The position numbers and the translations under genes are program-made. A stretch of 41,002 bases of DNA, taken from an uncultured Chloroflexota bacterium (GTDB lineage: Bacteria > Chloroflexota > UBA11872 > VXNJ01). Positions within the stretch are counted from its first letter, which is position 1. The number at the start of each line of letters is the position of its first letter. Below are positions 40,971-41,002 of this stretch, piece by piece. The stretch lies in assembly GCA_964631365.1 (NCBI GenBank), contig CAZVZW010000003.1, positions 1 through 41,002 of the forward strand, written 5' to 3'. A model generated the notes under the pieces. The model saw only the letters and a program-made list of their open reading frames with translations, did not search any database and was not told the origin of the DNA.

Positions 40971-41002
40971 TGGTCCCCCCAGCAGGACTCGAACCTGCGC
41001 AC
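40971..41002 (-). tRNA. tRNA gene, 3' portion only (T-arm, acceptor 3' strand, encoded CCA); possibly tRNA-Pro
   Basis: The reverse complement reads GCAGG-TTCGAGT-CCTGC (T stem-loop), TGGGGGG (acceptor), A, CCA. G72 implies C1, which together with A73 is the bacterial tRNA-Pro pattern. The rest of the gene lies beyond the window edge. Confidence 0.6.

Overview
41,002-nt, high-G+C (about two-thirds by eye) bacterial chromosomal segment, almost entirely protein-coding and metabolic. I call 33 intact CDSs, 2 gene remnants and the 3' end of one tRNA gene at the right edge. I see no rRNA, CRISPR array, intact transposase or integrase, or recognisable defence or toxin genes. Layout: (i) 196-5341: an enolase-superfamily dehydratase, an MFS transporter, and a minus-strand IclR regulator plus Gfo/Idh/MocA oxidoreductase pair. 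(ii) 5934-28250: nineteen co-directional, largely translationally coupled genes. They combine a peptide/opine-type ABC importer whose genes are split by enzyme genes, a hydantoinase/oxoprolinase A/B pair, two more enolase-superfamily dehydratases, five xylose-isomerase-like TIM-barrel proteins (four are paralogues in two tandem pairs), an HpcH aldolase, a DUF2848-like protein, a 2-hydroxyacid dehydrogenase, a G1PDH/AraM-like dehydrogenase and a second Gfo/Idh/MocA oxidoreductase. (iii) 28254-31486: a minus-strand SnoaL, FAD-oxidoreductase, SRPBCC and MBL-hydrolase operon. (iv) 31743-38072: an RraA-like aldolase, a second hydantoinase A/B pair, a free-standing Cys4 mini-protein and a class-III aminotransferase. 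(v) 38100-41002: decayed gene fragments, a beta-propeller glycoside-hydrolase-like gene, an unassigned stretch and the tRNA end. The best candidate for an undescribed system is the 19-gene supra-operon and its satellite hydantoinase module. It has the enzyme logic for taking apart a sugar/cyclitol conjugate carrying a lactam or cyclic amide, but matches no pathway I know. Other signals: a Cys4 zinc module fused to one HyuB and free beside the other; a sharp G-ending versus C-ending codon dichotomy between gene blocks; several non-coding repeat motifs; and homopolymer tracts at the IclR start. All functions come from reading motifs by eye, with no searches run. Many long arginine/proline-rich ORFs in the track are antisense or off-frame shadows of the real genes and were discarded.
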